From: an uncultured Phycisphaerales bacterium
Lineage (GTDB): Bacteria; Planctomycetota; Phycisphaerae; Phycisphaerales; SM1A02
Assembly (NCBI GenBank): GCA_938084645.1
Contig: CALKEP010000001.1
Coordinates: forward strand, 64,001 to 128,000
DNA length: 64,000 nucleotides
Reading direction: 5' to 3'
Shown here: positions 40,373 to 50,672 of the stretch, piece by piece
Layout: the number at the start of each line of letters is the position of its first letter
How positions within the stretch are numbered: the stretch's first letter is position 1
Translations under genes and position numbers: made by a program
The notes under the pieces: model-generated
The model's input: only the letters and a program-made list of their open reading frames with translations
What the model was told of the DNA's origin: nothing
Databases searched by the model: none

Positions 40373-42765
40373 GAGATTCCCTCTCGATAGCTCGCCGCGA
40401 TGGGCTCCGCGAGGATCGGCCAGAGGATTCCGTCGGGCAGGACGATGTCCTCGTCGTACTCGAGGAGGATCTCGCCGAAGCCGCTGAAGTCGGGGTCCAG
40501 CGGATCCGAGCCCTCGCCGTCTCCGTCGTCGGGTCCGAAGTAACCGATGGTCGTGTTGAAGGCGTCGGTCTGGCCGTCGTAGAAAAGGGGACCTTCGCCC
40601 GCAACCGGGCGGAACGTCATCAGCAGGGTTCCCTTCACCGAGGCCGTTCCCCGGATGTCGAGGATCCCCGCGACGATCAGACCGCGCAGATCGACGCGGG
40701 GGGTCGCGTCGAGGTCGTCCGCGATCTCGTTGGTGAAGCTGCCCACGTCCACCGACCAGCCCGGCATCATGATCGAACTCTTCCGCATCTCGGAGAGCTG
40801 TTCCTCGGGAAGGCTCTCCAGCAGGTCCTGAAGCTCCTCGCCGTCGGGCTGTTCGAGCATGTCCTCGTCCTGGGGATCGGCGAAGAACCGGGACGCGCCG
40901 GTGACCTGGATCTTGTTCCGCCAGTGGGTGTACTCCCCGGGCGTGTCGCCCGCGAGCGACCCGAGGAAGGTGCAGTCCTCGAAGCGGAGATTGTTGGAGA
41001 GCACCTTCGAGTCCTGGACCTCGCCGAGGTCCGGATGGTTCGTGTAGAGCTCGCCGAACCGACTTCGGATCAGGAACCCCGGACCGCTGTCCGCGTCCTC
41101 GAGTGCCCCGGCGTAGTTCCAGTTGGGGTCGTTGCAGAGCTGTTCGGTCTCGACGTAGGTCACGCCGAGGAACGTGCAGTCCTCGAAGAGGGCGTTGGTA
41201 CCGGTGGGAATCGCGACGTTGCGGAAGGTGATGCCGCGGTAGATCGGCCGGAGATAGAGGTCGTAGGGGCTGAAGCTGCCGAGGGGGGTCGTCTCGTACC
41301 CGGGGTGATCGGGATCCCCGGGAAGAAGCGCCTCGCCACCGGCGGTGACACCGCTTGCAACCTGGTCCTCGAATGCTCCGCCGCCGAAGGCGACGTCCCG
41401 GAAGTAGGCGGCGCTGCCTTCGAACATGTCGGTCGTCACGACTCGGAGTTCCTCGGGGCCGAGACCGAAGGACATCGCGGCCTCTTCGGGCTCGGGTCGG
41501 ATGCCGCCGTGCACGATGGATCGAACGGGGGCGCCCTGCGTCGACTCCCAGTCGCTTCGTGCGACCGCGAACGCGAGCCGCCCGTCGACCTTGGTGAATC
41601 GATCCCAGGAGTCGAGCACGCCGTCCCGCCATCCGAGGCTCGTGTCGTCCGCATCGACCACGCCGTCGTCGTTCCGGTCGGGGGTCGCGTTGTCGACGAG
41701 ATGGGCGAACTGGTCGTCGATGCCTGCGAACTCCTCGGTCGCCCCGTTGGCGAGGGTCTGGTCGTAGACGACCCGCCCGTCGCCGTCGAGGTCGAACGCC
41801 TCGAGGAAGAGATCGAATTCGTCGATGAACTCGTCGCCGTCCAGGTCCTCGAACGCCTCGTTGAGGGCAAGGCCCTCGACGGGGTGACCCGGTCGGAGCC
41901 GGCCGTCGTCGTCCACGTCCGCTTCGGCGACGATCGCCTCGAACTCGTCCAGCCGCGCATCGAGGGCCGGGGTCAGCCAGCGGATGTCGCTCCGCATGTC
42001 GAGCGGATTGCCGTTGCCGGCGTTGAGTTCGCCTTCGGCTTCTCCGTAACGAGTCCCCAGCGGGCCGACGATCAGGACGTTCTTCCCGATCATGATCCGG
42101 TTCGGGCTCACCACCGCGTACTCGATCCGCTTGTCCAGTTGGACGAGCATCGAGAGGGTCCGACGGACTTCCCGATCGACCCCTTCGCTGGTGATGCGGA
42201 TGGCGGCTTCGTCCGGAACCAGCTCGTACCGCAGTCGAAAGTAGGCGGCGTTCTCTTCGGCGGAGACGCGGATCGGCCGCACCGCGAGCAGATCACCGCT
42301 GGTGTCGATGTCGGGAAGCGCGGCGTCGCCGGGCTCGATGATCTCGCCGTGGTCGCCTGCGAGGTGGGCGTCCCGCACGGCTTCCGCGAGGCTGGAAGGG
42401 TCGGTGCTGGTGACGTACCCGTCGGCCGGGGAGACGATGACTTCACCGTCGGTCGAGGTGTCGTAGGTCCCGTTCCAGAGTTCGGCGGTGAATTCAGCGT
42501 CGATCTCGCCCTTTCGGACCACGAAACGGCTGGCCTCGCGTTCGAGGATCCAGGTGCCGTAGACGAGTCCGGTCTCCGCGGCGCTGGTCGAGCGGCTGAC
42601 CCGCAGGGAGACGTCGGCGGTCCGCACGTTTCCGCTCGCCACCACGGCCATCGCCGCGGCGAGCGAGCCGAAGATCACGAGGAACATCATGGAAAGCACG
42701 CTCGCGACACCCCGCCGTCGGCGGCGTGTCAGGGAACGTCGTGGTTCGAAGTCGTTGGGTCTCAT
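40369..42765 (-). CDS. Large PilX-like minor pilin with Ca-binding DxDxDG loops and beta-helix-like region
   Basis: RRRRRG|VASVLSMMFLVIF (no E5), AAETGL, IRITSEG; four DxDxDG-like loops; FEDCTFLG twice. Confidence 0.8.
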   Translation of the reverse strand: MRPNDFEPRRSLTRRRRRGVASVLSMMFLVIFGSLAAAMAVVASGNVRTADVSLRVSRSTSAAETGLVYGTWILEREASRFVVRKGEIDAEFTAELWNGTYDTSTDGEVIVSPADGYVTSTDPSSLAEAVRDAHLAGDHGEIIEPGDAALPDIDTSGDLLAVRPIRVSAEENAAYFRLRYELVPDEAAIRITSEGVDREVRRTLSMLVQLDKRIEYAVVSPNRIMIGKNVLIVGPLGTRYGEAEGELNAGNGNPLDMRSDIRWLTPALDARLDEFEAIVAEADVDDDGRLRPGHPVEGLALNEAFEDLDGDEFIDEFDLFLEAFDLDGDGRVVYDQTLANGATEEFAGIDDQFAHLVDNATPDRNDDGVVDADDTSLGWRDGVLDSWDRFTKVDGRLAFAVARSDWESTQGAPVRSIVHGGIRPEPEEAAMSFGLGPEELRVVTTDMFEGSAAYFRDVAFGGGAFEDQVASGVTAGGEALLPGDPDHPGYETTPLGSFSPYDLYLRPIYRGITFRNVAIPTGTNALFEDCTFLGVTYVETEQLCNDPNWNYAGALEDADSGPGFLIRSRFGELYTNHPDLGEVQDSKVLSNNLRFEDCTFLGSLAGDTPGEYTHWRNKIQVTGASRFFADPQDEDMLEQPDGEELQDLLESLPEEQLSEMRKSSIMMPGWSVDVGSFTNEIADDLDATPRVDLRGLIVAGILDIRGTASVKGTLLMTFRPVAGEGPLFYDGQTDAFNTTIGYFGPDDGDGEGSDPLDPDFSGFGEILLEYDEDIVLPDGILWPILAEPIAASYREGIS

Positions 42766-42805
42766 GATCTCGCTCCGCGCCTCGCGGTGTCGACGGATCC
42801 GCGGC

Positions 42806-43351
42806 TCATCGCGGCTGGATCCAGGTGAGCCTCGTGATCTCCATGGATTCGATGTCGTTCGGCCCCTGGTATTCCACGATCACTTCGACCCTGGTCATCT
42901 CGCTGCTGCCGTCCTCGAGCGTGGTGCGCACGTCGAACGGATCGACGTTCGAGACGAGGATCCGCTGTCGCCATCCCGGCATGTTGGAGAACGGAGTCCG
43001 CATCGCGGTGATCGGCCCGTTTCCAAGGTCCGCCGAGAAGACGGCGCCGTCGAAGTCGTCGATGTCGTCCCAGTCTTCCGCCACGACCTCGTTGGGCTCC
43101 GGTCCCCAGTACTCCGATCCGGTCACCGGATCGATGGTGGGGAGGTTGAGTGTGAGTTCGCGGATCTCGCCGGCGAGTCGCATCGCGTTCGCGGATCGCT
43201 GGGCCCAGCCGTTCTGGCGGTGGAAGGTCTGCTGCGCCGCGATCATCGCGAGCACTCCGGTGCCGATGATGACGGTGGCGAGCGCCGATTCGATGAGAGT
43301 GAACCCGCGGCGACGGCCTCGATGCACGACTTGTCGGGCGTGATGCGACAT
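42806..43351 (-). CDS. Minor pilin (PilV/MshD-like)
   Basis: GGAGGAGG RBS; RRRG|FTLIESALATVIIG; WDDIDDFDG motif. Confidence 0.85.
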   Translation of the reverse strand: MSHHARQVVHRGRRRGFTLIESALATVIIGTGVLAMIAAQQTFHRQNGWAQRSANAMRLAGEIRELTLNLPTIDPVTGSEYWGPEPNEVVAEDWDDIDDFDGAVFSADLGNGPITAMRTPFSNMPGWRQRILVSNVDPFDVRTTLEDGSSEMTRVEVIVEYQGPNDIESMEITRLTWIQPR

Positions 43352-43366
43352 CGGATCCTCCTCCAT

Positions 43367-44590
43367 TCAGCCGGACACCAGGCTGCTCATCTTGAAGATG
43401 GGCAGGATGATCGCCATGGCGATGAAACCCACGATCGAACCCATGATCACGATCATCAGCGGTTCGATCATGCTGGTGACCGCCTTGATCGCTTCTCGAA
43501 GCACGCGGTGGTAGTAGTCGCTGACCTCGTCGAGCACCTCACCGAGCTTGCCGGAGTCCTCGCCCGCCGCGACCATCTGGACGACGGACTTCGGGAGAAG
43601 GGGGGACTTCGACAGCTGCGTCTGGATCTTCCGACCCTGTCGCACCGAGGCGTGCACGGAACGCCACATCCGCTTGAACAGGCGGTTCCCCGAGATGTCG
43701 CCGGTGATGGCGAGGGTGTCGAGCATGGGCACGCCGGCGTTGAGCAGTTCGCCCATGGTGTGAAGGGAACGGCTGATGTAGAGGGCTCGGAACATCCGAT
43801 TCGCGACGGGCATCGAGAGCTTCGATCGGTCCCACCAGAAACCGCCGAGCTCGGTCCGCACGAACAGGACGAACCCCGTGATCGCGGCCGCGGCGGCGAT
43901 GAGAATGACCCACCAGAAGCCGACCATGAAGTCCGAGAGCGACATGAGGAACTTCGTCGGGCCCGGCAGGGCCTCCTCCTTGCCCTCGAACACGCCCGCG
44001 AATCGCGGAAGCACGAACGTCAGCAGGAAGACGGTCACGCCGATCGCCATGGTGGCGATGATCCCGGGGTAGATGCTCGCGCCGACCACCATCTTCCGCG
44101 TCTCCAGTTCCTGCTGGAGATAGGCGGCGATCCGATCGAGCATGCGTGCGAACGCACCGCTCATCTCGGATGCCTTGACCATGCTGATGTAGAGCTGGCC
44201 GAAGAGCTTCGGATGCTTGGAGATCGCCTCGGAGAACTGTCGTCCGCTCTCGATGTCCGACTTGATCTCGAGCAGGATCCGCTTGAACTTGACGTTGGTG
44301 GTCTGGTCCGCGATCCCTTCGAGGGCCTGCCGGATGCTGATCCCGGCGCGGATCATGACCGCGAGCTGGGTCGTGAAGTCGAGGATCTCCTTCTTGCCCG
44401 GACCGCTCGACCAGCTCAGTTTCTCACTGAGACCCGAGAAGCGATCCTGGGTCGCGGTGGGGGCGAGCTGGACCACGTGGAGCCCCTTGCCCCGGAGCAT
44501 CGCGGCCGCGGTCGCGGCGTCCGTCGCGGCGAGGGCGCCGGCTTCGACGGTTCCCGATCCGTTGCGGGCCTGATAGGTGTACTGGGGCAT
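43367..44590 (-). CDS. pilC: Type IV pilus platform protein PilC
   Basis: FTTQLAVMIRAG, ASIYP, AGEDSGKL, IEPLMIV..ILPIF; pilT-pilC synteny. Confidence 0.92.
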   Translation of the reverse strand: MPQYTYQARNGSGTVEAGALAATDAATAAAMLRGKGLHVVQLAPTATQDRFSGLSEKLSWSSGPGKKEILDFTTQLAVMIRAGISIRQALEGIADQTTNVKFKRILLEIKSDIESGRQFSEAISKHPKLFGQLYISMVKASEMSGAFARMLDRIAAYLQQELETRKMVVGASIYPGIIATMAIGVTVFLLTFVLPRFAGVFEGKEEALPGPTKFLMSLSDFMVGFWWVILIAAAAAITGFVLFVRTELGGFWWDRSKLSMPVANRMFRALYISRSLHTMGELLNAGVPMLDTLAITGDISGNRLFKRMWRSVHASVRQGRKIQTQLSKSPLLPKSVVQMVAAGEDSGKLGEVLDEVSDYYHRVLREAIKAVTSMIEPLMIVIMGSIVGFIAMAIILPIFKMSSLVSG

Positions 44591-44612
44591 GGTGTTGCTT
44601 CCGTCCCTCGCC

Positions 44613-45668
44613 TCAGGCGGCGATCATGCGTTCGAGCTTGTCGGGGTTCGCGGACTGGGCGATCGCGTCCTCGCGACTGATCATTCCGTTGTAGAAGAGC
44701 TCCGCGATCGCGGTGTCGAGACCGATCATGCCGAGCTGGCGGTTGGTGTCGATCACGTTCGGGATCTCGAAGGTCCGCGCCTCGCGGATGATGTTCCGGA
44801 TCGCGGGCGTGCAGAGCATGATCTCGATCGCCGGGACCATGCCCGAACGATCGATCCGACTGAAGAGCGTCTGGCTCACCACCGCCTGAAGGGTGTTCGC
44901 GAGCATCGACCGGATCTGGTTCTGCTGGCCGGCCGGATACATGTCGATGATCCGTTCGACGGTCTGGGACGCGTCGACGGTGTGAAGCGTCGAGAAGACG
45001 AGGTGACCGGTCTCGGCGGCGCTGATCGCGAGCGCCGACGTCTCGAGGTCCCGCATCTCGCCGACCAGGATGATGTCGGGATCCTGGCGAAGGGCATGCT
45101 TGAGGCCGCTCGCGAAGCTGGGCATGTCGGTGCCGAGTTCACGTTGTTCGATCAGGCACTTGTCGCTCTCGAACACGTATTCCGTCGGATCTTCGAGGGT
45201 GATGACGTGCTTGCGGTAGCGTTCGTTCATCGCCTGGATCATGGCGGCGAGCGTCGTCGACTTGCCGGAACCCGTGTCGCCCGTCACGAGGACGAGGCCC
45301 CGGGGCAGGTAGGTGAGTCGGGAGATGACCTCCGGCAGATTGAGATCGGCGAGCGGCGGAACCGTGGACTTGATTCCACGAAGCGCCAGGCCGACCACGC
45401 CCTTCTGAAGGTGGGCGTTGACCCGGTAGCGCTGGAGTCCCGTCACTTCATAGGAGAAGTCGAGGTCCATCTCGGCGTCGAAGACCTTGAGCTGAGCGGG
45501 TGTCAGCATCTGCTCCAGCGCACGGCGCAGGCCCTCCGGGGTGAGCGGGGGGCACTCCATGGCCGTCATCACCGTGTGCACCCGCACCATCGGAGGATGG
45601 CCAGCCACGAGATGGATGTCGGACGCGTCCTGCTCGAACGCCTGTCGAAGAATGTCGTTGAGATGCAT
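44613..45668 (-). CDS. pilT: Type IV pilus retraction ATPase PilT
   Basis: ASDIHL, GDTGSGKSTT, LRQDPDIILVGEMRD, AETGHLVFSTLH, AIRNIIRE (AIRNLIRE motif). Confidence 0.95.
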   Translation of the reverse strand: MHLNDILRQAFEQDASDIHLVAGHPPMVRVHTVMTAMECPPLTPEGLRRALEQMLTPAQLKVFDAEMDLDFSYEVTGLQRYRVNAHLQKGVVGLALRGIKSTVPPLADLNLPEVISRLTYLPRGLVLVTGDTGSGKSTTLAAMIQAMNERYRKHVITLEDPTEYVFESDKCLIEQRELGTDMPSFASGLKHALRQDPDIILVGEMRDLETSALAISAAETGHLVFSTLHTVDASQTVERIIDMYPAGQQNQIRSMLANTLQAVVSQTLFSRIDRSGMVPAIEIMLCTPAIRNIIREARTFEIPNVIDTNRQLGMIGLDTAIAELFYNGMISREDAIAQSANPDKLERMIAA

Positions 45669-45708
45669 CTGCCACTCCGCCGGATGAAGGAACCGAACTT
45701 CCTTGGGA

Positions 45709-45736
45709 GCATCGGTCGGGCGGAGGCGCGGGTTGA
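45709..45736 (-). promoter_or_regulatory. Putative sigma28 (FliA/WhiG)-type promoter of the pilT operon
   Basis: Minus strand TCAA-N16-ACCGATGC about 40 nt upstream of the pilT ATG; resembles 566-592. Confidence 0.45.
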
Positions 45737-45761
45737 CTGGAACCTCGCGGGTTCGGTCGGA

Positions 45762-46292
45762 TCAGGGGGCCTTGGTGCCGTTTTCCGACGATTCCGGTGG
45801 TGCGGATGTCGCGGCTCGGTTCAGCGTGAAGGTGCCGGAACCGCTGAACGGCTCGGTGGGACGGCGGATACCGACGTCGAACAGGATTCGGCCGAGGAAT
45901 CCCGGGGCCTGATATCGGACGCCACCCTCGAGGCGCCACGAGATCGGGGCGTCGAGATCGACCTGCTCGGCGAGATCCGCGGGCAGGGCAATCGAGGCGG
46001 GAATCTCCATGGTGATCGACTGGCCGGGTGGAATCGTCCGGAGAGCCGCCCAGCGGCCCTCGAACGCCCCCACGTCCTGGACGGTGAACACGTACTCGAA
46101 TCGCTCGAGGGGAATGTCCTCGGAGCCGTCATTGGTCAGTCGAAGATCGATCCGGAACTGGGCGGCGTCGTCGGTTCTCGCCGTCGGTCGTGCGCCCGTC
46201 GTGGCGACCCGGGGGACCGCACCGCACCCGACGGCGAAAAGCAACGTCGAAACCAGGAGGACGGTCGGGTTGAGGACGAGTCGGAGGTTCAT
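45762..46292 (-). CDS. LEA type 2 / WHy-domain lipoprotein
   Basis: Lipobox AVG|C; FRIDLRLTNDGSEDIPLERFEYVF...TIPPGQSITMEIP pattern; start 46292 or 46301. Confidence 0.7.
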   Translation of the reverse strand: MNLRLVLNPTVLLVSTLLFAVGCGAVPRVATTGARPTARTDDAAQFRIDLRLTNDGSEDIPLERFEYVFTVQDVGAFEGRWAALRTIPPGQSITMEIPASIALPADLAEQVDLDAPISWRLEGGVRYQAPGFLGRILFDVGIRRPTEPFSGSGTFTLNRAATSAPPESSENGTKAP

Positions 46293-46337
46293 GCTTCGCA
46301 TACTGTACAGAGAGGGGGTGATTCGCTCCCGATCCTC

Positions 46338-49300
46338 ATGATGACGCCAACGATGACCAAGCAAGGGCTCGATTTTCGCGGACTTCGCGGGTGGGTCCGT
46401 CTCGCCCCGATGATCCCGCTCCTGCTGTGCTCCACCGCGATGGCGGTGCCTCGACAGGTGGACATCGCCGTGACCGTCGACGATTCACCCGTCGCGACCC
46501 GCTCTCTGAACGAGGCGATGGTCCAGGCCAAGGACAACCCGGCCCGTACGGCGGACCTTCTCGCGTCGCTGCTCGACGAGTACGGGATCCGGCTCGCCGA
46601 GACGGATCGGCCCGGTCGGTTCGCGTCCGTCCGGGACGAGGCGATCAGGATCCTCCGCTCCGATGCCACGGTGCTGGCGGCGTGGCGTCGCGAGGTGTCC
46701 GCCAACGCGACTCGATTGCTGGAGACGGGGAACCCGGGAGAGGCGTTCGATCGGCGGCCGCTGACCGATGCCGGATTGGAGTCCGGGCTTCGGCTGGCTC
46801 AGATGGCGATCGAGTCCGGGAGTCCGTTGGCGGGACTCACGATGCTCGATGACCTCGAGTCCTGGCCCGGCGCCGCCGATTGGCGTCGTCGTCTCCTCGT
46901 TCTTCGGGGACTCGGCTGCGTGGCGGCGTTGCGCCGTGATCCTGCGGCTCGCGATCGAGTGGATCTGGTGGCGACGCTCGAGGGCGTCCTCGGTGAACTC
47001 GCCACGGTGGACGAGGAGGCCGAGGCGATGATCCGTCGCATCGGGGCGACTCCCGACCCCGGGGTCCGGCGGCCCATTCCCAGCCTCGCATCGATCCGCG
47101 ATGCCGATTGGACTCGGATCTGGGAGGAGCCGCTGCTCGACACGCTGTATCGCCGCCGCTACTACGACTCCGTCGATGGGCGCGCCTTTTCCGAATCGAA
47201 CGCGTCGAGAGCGCGGCTTGCGGGATCGAGCATGACGACGGTGCCCGCGGTGTACGGGGACCTCGTTCTCGTCAACGAGGGTTTCCTGATCCGGGGATTC
47301 GATCGATACACCGGTCGCATGCGGTGGTTCCGGGACTTCGGCGTGTCGCGTGGAATGCGGCCGAGCGGGACTCCCGGCGACCTCGGCGAGATCGTGATCG
47401 AGGGTGGTGCGGCGTTCACGGTCGTCGGTCACGCCTTCGGCGCGGGCCGAGAGGGGGCCGGTGAGATCCTTCGCTTCGATCCGGAGACGGGGTTGGAACG
47501 CTGGAGGATCCAGCCGCCACGACTGTTCGAGGACGGATCGCTCGATGGCTCCTTCATCTCCGGCCCACCATTGCCCCTCGGCGACATCGTGGCGATTCCG
47601 CTTCGAAAGTCCAACACCAGGCTCGAGACCATCGAGTACGTGCTCGCGCTCGATCAGGACGATGGGAGCCTGCGGTGGCTCCGACCGATCGCGTCGAGCG
47701 GTGGCGTCCGGATGGGCGGGGTACGGACATTCGCCCGTCTCGCGGCGTACGACGGCGACGTGGTCGTCTCGTCCGCCGCGGGTGCCATCGCCCGGCTGGA
47801 GGCTCGAAGCGGTCGAATCCGGTGGCTCCGTCGTGAGGAAGTGCCGCTTCGGGCACCACGGATCCCCGCGATGCCATGGCAGATCGGCGGCCCCGTCGCG
47901 CTTGATGTCGGTATCGCGACGCTGGATCCCGCGGGCGAGCACTGGTTGTTGCTCGATCCGGAGACGGGAGAGGATCTGATTCGTCGACCGGTGGGCCCCG
48001 GAACCATCGCGGGAGCGGTCCGCTATCTGCTCGCGTTTCCGGACCCCGCCGAAGGGCGCGACCTGCTTCTCGCGATCGGCGAGGGCATCGTGGCGCTCGA
48101 TCCCTCCGGCGGCGAGGAACCAGTCTGGACACTGGCCCGATCGATCGTGGATGCGAGCGATTCCAACACGCTCGAGCCCGTGAGCTGGTCGAACGGAATC
48201 CGTGGGCGGGTGGCGGTCGTCTCGGGTGGCGTGATCGTGCCCTCGCTCGACTTTCTCGCGTTGATCGACGGCCGGACGGGTGGGATGGAGCGTCTGATTC
48301 CGATGCCGGGAGGTGGTAATCCCCTCGTCACTCGAACGGGGATCTTCGTCGCCGGTGACGATCGTCTCGTGGCGGCCATGCCGCTCGAAGAAGCGGTCGC
48401 GACCTTGCGCGACCGGGTCCGGAAGTTCCCCGACGCGATCGTCCAGGCCCTCGCCTTGTTGGAGCTCGCCGGAGGCCTCGGCGACCGAGCGCTCGTCCTG
48501 GAGGCGGCCGAGGCGGCGGTCGTCGGCCTCGCCCGGGTCCCGGATCCGATCCTGCGGGTCGAGCTTCTGGACCGCCTGCTCGAATCCGTGGAGTCGTCCC
48601 CGGATCCTCGGGATGGCGAGCGTCTGCTGGAACTGGCGGCGGAGGTCGCGATCACGCCGGAGGGCCGGGTTCGACGGCAACTGGCTCTGGGCGACTGGAT
48701 GTCGCGCCAAGGACGGGTCGAGGATGCGGTCGAGGCTTGGGCGACGATTCTGGAGTCGACGGCCCTCGCGACGGTGGTGATCCAGGCCGATGCCGACGTG
48801 ATCACCACGGGCGGTGGCGTCGCGCGGTCGCGGGTGCTCGCCTCGCAACGGGTGACGCCCTCGGTCCGCACCTGGCTCGATCGTCGTTCCATCGATCTCT
48901 TCGAGGGGATGCTCGTCGAGCGTGGTACCGCCGAGGACTTCGTCTCCGTCGTTCGACGCTTTCCCGGGACCCAGGGTGCCCTGCGTGCCGGGCGCCGGGC
49001 GATCGAGATCCTGCGCGATGAAGGTCGGCCGCTCGAGGCCGCAGCGGTCGCACGGATCGTCGCGCGGGATCTCGATTCCGGGGATCCCCGGTTGAAGGAG
49101 CTCCTTCGTTTCACGGCGGCGATCGCCCTCGAAGCCGATCGGCCATCTCTGGCAAAGGCCCTGGATCCCGGCTCGACGATTGCCGAGGCGGACGCATCAC
49201 TCGTCGGGTGGCCTGCCGTGGATCCCCGGACCCGGTCGCCTCGACGTCCGATTCTGGGTGGATCACCTCGCAATCTCCGACTCGTCCCCGGCGTGCTGGT

Positions 49301-50561
49301 CGCCGAAAGTCAGGTGGCGTCACTGGAATCTCCGACGGACGCGGTGCTGGTGGTCGAGGAAGAAGGCCGGTCACTGGTCCGCCGATCGGCCGACGGGCTC
49401 TCGGTCGAGTGGCGGCTTCCGCTCGCGGGCAACGGCGTCGAGATTCTGCGGTACGAGCCGGAGTTGCTGGTCTGGGAGGGGGGTGACCTCCGTGATCCCC
49501 AGTTGAGTGCCGTGGATCCGGCGACCGGCGCGCTGTTGTGGTCGACGCCACGGGCAAGCTCCCTGTTGCCGGCACCGGCCCGGATCGCCGTCGGGGCCGA
49601 CGGGTTTCTTCCCGACAGCACGCCGTTCCTTCCCTTCGAGATTCTTCCGATGCCGGTGGACGACGGCGTGGTGCTCGCACGCCGGGACGGCAGCATGGTC
49701 AAGATCGAGGCGGGGGATGGTCGGACGGTCGATTGGGCGCGTGAGGAGGTGCTGGACCGAATCTACGACGTCCATCGCGCCGGCGGCCTCCTGCACATTC
49801 GCGGGGCCTCCATCGGCGTCGACGGAGATACCGTCGGCACGGTCGTCAGCGTGGACCCTGCTGACGGTCGGACCGTCCACCAGGCGAGCGTCCCCGGTGG
49901 TGAGATCCGCTGGCTTGCCACGGACTCGCTGGGCCGGCTGGCGGTCGGATCGACGCGATCGGTGACCCTGATCGATCCGAACGAGGCCCTGCTCGGCGGT
50001 GGGGATCGATGGTCGCGTTCGGATTCACGATTGCTGGGGTCGGAGATCGCGTGGTTCGACGACGGCCGACTCGTCGTCGTGGACGATCGAGGGGTTCCGG
50101 TGGCGTTCGACATCGACCTCGGAGCGATCGACGAGACCCGCTGGAACCTCCCGGTGGATTCGGACTGGATCCCGGGCGGGGCCGTCAGAACGGTCCGGGA
50201 CGGGACCCATCGGTTCCTCGTGTTTCGAGATCGGCTCCTGCTCTTCGACCCGGAAGGCGAGATCACCGGCGTCGATCGGATCGCCGATGTGAACCGCATG
50301 GACTGGGAGGTCCTCCCGACACGTGATGGCGTCCGTCTGATCTCCCAACGCCCCGGCCGGGGTCGCTACACCTTCCGAGTCTTCGAACTCGACCCCGAGG
50401 CGGGCCTCCGGATCTCCGGCACCCCCTTCGAGGTGGAGCCCACCGCCGCCCGATATCAGCGGGCCCACGCCATCGACGGCTGGCTGCTCTTCGCCACGGA
50501 TCGTGAGATCAACGCGGTCCCGCTCCCCGGGAATGCCGCCCGGACGAACCCCGTCCCTTGA
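46338..50561 (+). CDS. Large (~1400 aa) exported PQQ-like beta-propeller / TPR protein
   Basis: Signal peptide ...LLLCSTAMA; repeated propeller blades (FDRYTGRMRW, FDPETGLERW, LDQDDGSLRW, VDPATGALLW) in two blocks separated by a helical region; start uncertain (46338-46410). Confidence 0.8.
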   Translation: MMTPTMTKQGLDFRGLRGWVRLAPMIPLLLCSTAMAVPRQVDIAVTVDDSPVATRSLNEAMVQAKDNPARTADLLASLLDEYGIRLAETDRPGRFASVRDEAIRILRSDATVLAAWRREVSANATRLLETGNPGEAFDRRPLTDAGLESGLRLAQMAIESGSPLAGLTMLDDLESWPGAADWRRRLLVLRGLGCVAALRRDPAARDRVDLVATLEGVLGELATVDEEAEAMIRRIGATPDPGVRRPIPSLASIRDADWTRIWEEPLLDTLYRRRYYDSVDGRAFSESNASRARLAGSSMTTVPAVYGDLVLVNEGFLIRGFDRYTGRMRWFRDFGVSRGMRPSGTPGDLGEIVIEGGAAFTVVGHAFGAGREGAGEILRFDPETGLERWRIQPPRLFEDGSLDGSFISGPPLPLGDIVAIPLRKSNTRLETIEYVLALDQDDGSLRWLRPIASSGGVRMGGVRTFARLAAYDGDVVVSSAAGAIARLEARSGRIRWLRREEVPLRAPRIPAMPWQIGGPVALDVGIATLDPAGEHWLLLDPETGEDLIRRPVGPGTIAGAVRYLLAFPDPAEGRDLLLAIGEGIVALDPSGGEEPVWTLARSIVDASDSNTLEPVSWSNGIRGRVAVVSGGVIVPSLDFLALIDGRTGGMERLIPMPGGGNPLVTRTGIFVAGDDRLVAAMPLEEAVATLRDRVRKFPDAIVQALALLELAGGLGDRALVLEAAEAAVVGLARVPDPILRVELLDRLLESVESSPDPRDGERLLELAAEVAITPEGRVRRQLALGDWMSRQGRVEDAVEAWATILESTALATVVIQADADVITTGGGVARSRVLASQRVTPSVRTWLDRRSIDLFEGMLVERGTAEDFVSVVRRFPGTQGALRAGRRAIEILRDEGRPLEAAAVARIVARDLDSGDPRLKELLRFTAAIALEADRPSLAKALDPGSTIAEADASLVGWPAVDPRTRSPRRPILGGSPRNLRLVPGVLVAESQVASLESPTDAVLVVEEEGRSLVRRSADGLSVEWRLPLAGNGVEILRYEPELLVWEGGDLRDPQLSAVDPATGALLWSTPRASSLLPAPARIAVGADGFLPDSTPFLPFEILPMPVDDGVVLARRDGSMVKIEAGDGRTVDWAREEVLDRIYDVHRAGGLLHIRGASIGVDGDTVGTVVSVDPADGRTVHQASVPGGEIRWLATDSLGRLAVGSTRSVTLIDPNEALLGGGDRWSRSDSRLLGSEIAWFDDGRLVVVDDRGVPVAFDIDLGAIDETRWNLPVDSDWIPGGAVRTVRDGTHRFLVFRDRLLLFDPEGEITGVDRIADVNRMDWEVLPTRDGVRLISQRPGRGRYTFRVFELDPEAGLRISGTPFEVEPTAARYQRAHAIDGWLLFATDREINAVPLPGNAARTNPVP

Positions 50562-50586
50562 CGACTTCCGCTTGATCGGGCATAAA
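50558..50586 (+). promoter_or_regulatory. Putative sigma70 promoter for the acidic-protein gene
   Basis: TTGACG-N17-CATAAA. Confidence 0.4.
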
Positions 50587-50672
50587 ACGCACCCGGCGTT
50601 TCGGACGGCAGGTCGCGGATGGCGTGCTGGTCCGGGTCCGCCGAGTTTCCGTGTTCGAGAAGGACTGGTTTC

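Noticed and set aside
44577..46337. N-terminal ~590 aa of the 1994-aa ORF 44577..50561
   Set aside because: It is the antisense shadow of pilT and the LEA gene; the real protein starts near 46338-46410, where a signal peptide appears.
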